From Eledone cirrhosa (Eukaryota), in NCBI GenBank assembly GCA_964016885.1, contig OZ024741.1:28458001-28522000 (forward strand): 64,000 nt of DNA. Reading direction: 5' to 3'. Position 1 is the stretch's first letter. Each line of letters begins with the position of its first letter. Shown one piece after another: positions 61,201-64,000 of the stretch. Below the pieces are notes generated by a model. It was not told the origin of the DNA. It saw only the letters and a list, made by a program, of their open reading frames with translations, and did no database searches. Position numbers and translations under genes: made by a program.

Positions 61201-64000
61201 TAGGGATATAACTACATATAGATACTGTCAGTGGTACTACAGTGTAAGTTATTGCTAGATAACTGGTATATATGAGGATATAACTACATATAGATACTGT
61301 CAGTGGTACTACGGTGTAGGTTATTGGTAGCTAACTGGTATATATAGGGACATAACTACATATAGATACTGTCAATTGTACTACAGTGTAGATTATTGGT
61401 AGATAACTGGTATATATAGGGATATAACTACATATAGATACTGTCAGTGTTACTACAGTGTAGGTTATTGGTAGATAACTGGTATATATAGTGATATAAC
61501 TACATATAGATACTGTCAGTGGTACTACAGTGTAGGTTATTGGTAGATAACTGGTATATATAGGGATATAAATACATATAGATACTGTCAGTGGTACTAC
61601 AGTCTATGTTAATGGTAGATAACTGGTATATATAGGGGTATAACTACATAGAGATACTGACAGTGGTACTACAGTGTAGGTTATTGGTAGATAACTGGTA
61701 TATATAGGGATATAACTACACATAGATACTGTCAGTGGTACTACAGTGTAGGTTATTGGTATATAACTGGTACATACAGGAATATAACTACATATAGATA
61801 CTGTCAGTGGTACTATAGTGTAGGTTATTGGTATATAACTGGTATATATAGGGATATAACTACACATACATACTGTCAGTGGTACTACAGTGTAGGTTAT
61901 TGGTAGATAACTGGTATATATAGGGATATAACTACATATAGATACTGACAGTGGTACTACAGTGTAGGTTATTGGTAGATAACTGGTATATATAGGGATA
62001 TGACTACATATAGATACTGTCAGTGGTACTACAGTGTAGGTTATTGGTATATAACTGGAATATATAGGGATATAACTACATATACAGATACCGTCAGTTT
62101 TACTACAGTGTAGGTTATTGGTAGATAACTGGTATATATAGGGATATAACTACACATAGATACTGTCAGTGGTACTACAGTGTAAGTTATTGGTAGATAA
62201 CTGGTATATGTAGGGATATAACTACACATAGATACTGTCAGTGTTACTACAGTGTAGGTTATTGGTATAGAACTGGTATATATAGGGATATAACTACATA
62301 TAGATACGGTCAGTGGTACTACAGTGTAGGTTATTGGTATATAACTGGTATATATAGGGATATAACTACATATAGATACTGTCAGTGGTACTACAGTGTA
62401 GGTTATTGGTAGATAACTGGTATATATAGGGATATAACTACATATAGATACTATCAGTGTTAGTACAGTAAAGATTATTGGTAGAGAATTGGTATATATA
62501 GGGATAGAACTACATATAGATACTGTCAGTGGTACTACAGTGTAGGTTATTGGTATATAACTGGTATATATAGGGATATAACTACATATAGATACTGTCA
62601 GTGGTACTACAGTGTAGGTTATTGGTATATAACTGGTATATATAGGGATATAACTACATATAGATACTGTCAGTGTTACTACAGTGTAGGTTATTGGTAT
62701 ATAACTGGTATATATAGGGATATAACTACATATAGATACTGTCAGTGGTACTACAGTGTAGGTTATTGGTAGATAACTGGTATATATAGGGATATAACTA
62801 CATATAGATACTGACAGTTGTACTACAGTGTATGTTATTGGTAGATAACTGGTATATATAGGGATATAACTACATATAGATACTGTCAGTGGTACTACAG
62901 TCTAGGTTATTGGTAGATAACTGGTATATATAGGGATATAACTACATAGAGATACTGTCAGTGGTACTAGAGTGTAGGTTATTGGTAGATAACTGGTATA
63001 TATAGGGATATAACTACACATAGATACTGTCAGTGGTACTACAGTGTAGGTTATTGGTATATAACTGGAATATATAGGGATTTAACTACACATAGATACT
63101 GTCAGTGGTACTACAGTGTAGGTTATTGGTATATAACTGGTATTTATAGGATTATAACTACATATAGATACTGTCAGTGGTACTATAGTGTAGGTTATTG
63201 GTATATAACTGGTATATATAGGGATATAACTACACATAGATACTGTCAGTGGTACTACAGTGTAGGTTATTGGTAGATAACTGGTATATATAGGGATATA
63301 ACTACATATAGATACTGACAGTAGTACTACAGTGTAGGTTATTGGTAGATAACTGGTATATATCTGTATATAACTACATATAGATACTGTCAGTGGTACT
63401 ACAGTGTAGGTTATTGGTAGATAACTGGTATATATAGGGATATAACTACATATAGATACTGTCAGTGTTACTACAGTGTAGGTTATTGGTATATAACTGC
63501 TATATATAGGGATATAACTACATATACAGATAATGTCAGTCTTACTACAGTGTAGGTTATTGTTAGATAACTGGTATATATAGGGATATAACTACATATA
63601 GATACTGTCAGTGATACTACAGAGTAGGCTATTGGTATATAACTTGTATATATTGGGATATAGCTACACATAGATACTGTCAGTGGTACTACAGTGTAGG
63701 TTATTGGTAGATAACTGGTATATATAGGGATATAACTACACATAGATACTGTCAGTGGTACTACAATGTAAGTTATTGGTAGATAACTGGTATATATAGG
63801 GATATAACTACGTATAGATACTGTCAATTGTACTACAGTGTAGGTTATTGGTATATAACTGGTATATATAGAGATATAACTACATATACAGATACTGTCA
63901 GTCTTACTACAGTGTAGGTTATTGGTAGATAACTGGTATATATAGGGATATAACTACATATACAGATACTGTCAGTCTTACTACAGTGTAGGTTATTTGT
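56250..64000. repeat. Near-identical duplication, offset 4472 bp (62 monomers + 8 bp)
   Basis: ORF coordinates 56603/61075, 57132/61604, 57569/62041 and 59011/63483 all differ by 4472. Rare variants TACATACAGGAAT, AACTGCTATA and GGTACCATAG are shared. Confidence 0.94.

Larger units (their letters stand above)
1..64000. repeat. 72-bp satellite DNA tandem array, single orientation, running past both window edges
   Basis: The same 72-bp unit recurs continuously. A consensus-type copy lies at 1083-1154 (ATAGATACTGTCAGTGGTACTACAGTGTAGGTTATTGGTAGATAACTGGTATATATAGGGATATAACTACAC). Copies usually differ by a few substitutions or 2-bp indels. The ORF track shows a matching 24-aa periodicity throughout. 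Confidence 0.99.

Noticed and set aside
929-63827. All ORFs in the track as protein-coding genes (59 or more residues, up to 459 aa; mucin-like or membrane-like repeat proteins)
   Set aside because: They are translations of the 72-bp repeat. Their ends are set by sporadic stops and 2-bp indels, and there is no unique domain or terminal sequence.
1-64000. CRISPR array (72-bp period with palindromic segments)
   Set aside because: There are no unique spacers, the entire period is repeated at high identity, and no cas genes or leader are present.
1-64000. Telomerase-type telomeric repeat (G-rich strand with TAGGG and TAGGTT motifs)
   Set aside because: There are no tandem short telomere motifs, and the HOR-structured variation is satellite-like. 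A subtelomeric location cannot be excluded but has no support here.
1-64000. TATA-box promoters in each monomer (TATATATAG, TATAA)
   Set aside because: Such motifs are expected in AT-rich repeats, and there is no downstream gene or evidence of transcription.
1-64000. Variable-cassette system (antigenic-variation archive, integron or diversity-generating array)
   Set aside because: Variation consists of inherited point changes copied in blocks. No recombinase, reverse transcriptase, expression locus or distinct cassettes are present.

Overview
The whole window is one uninterrupted, head-to-tail tandem array of an AT-rich 72-bp monomer (about 885-890 copies, all in the same orientation), with no unique sequence, gene, RNA gene, mobile element or CRISPR spacer. 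The consensus is ATAGATACTGTCAGTGGTACTACAGTGTAGGTTATTGGTA(G/T)ATAACTGGTATATATAGGGATATAACTACA(C/T), about 35% GC. It looks like eukaryotic satellite DNA, but neither the organism nor the chromosomal role (centromeric, pericentromeric or subtelomeric) can be determined from the sequence. All listed ORFs are by-products of one stop-free minus-strand frame of a monomer whose length is divisible by 3. The informative structure is (i) several dyad symmetries and a probable 10-15-bp sub-repeat inside the monomer, (ii) monomer subfamilies with linked variants (70, 72 and 74 bp), and (iii) nested higher-order duplications with offsets of about 1.1-1.3, 1.95, 2.16, 2.96, 3.7, 4.47, 6.8-6.9 and 12 kb. 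I found no evidence for a novel protein-coding or defence system. Offsets were read from repeated ORF coordinates and diagnostic variants, so block boundaries are approximate to one or two monomers.
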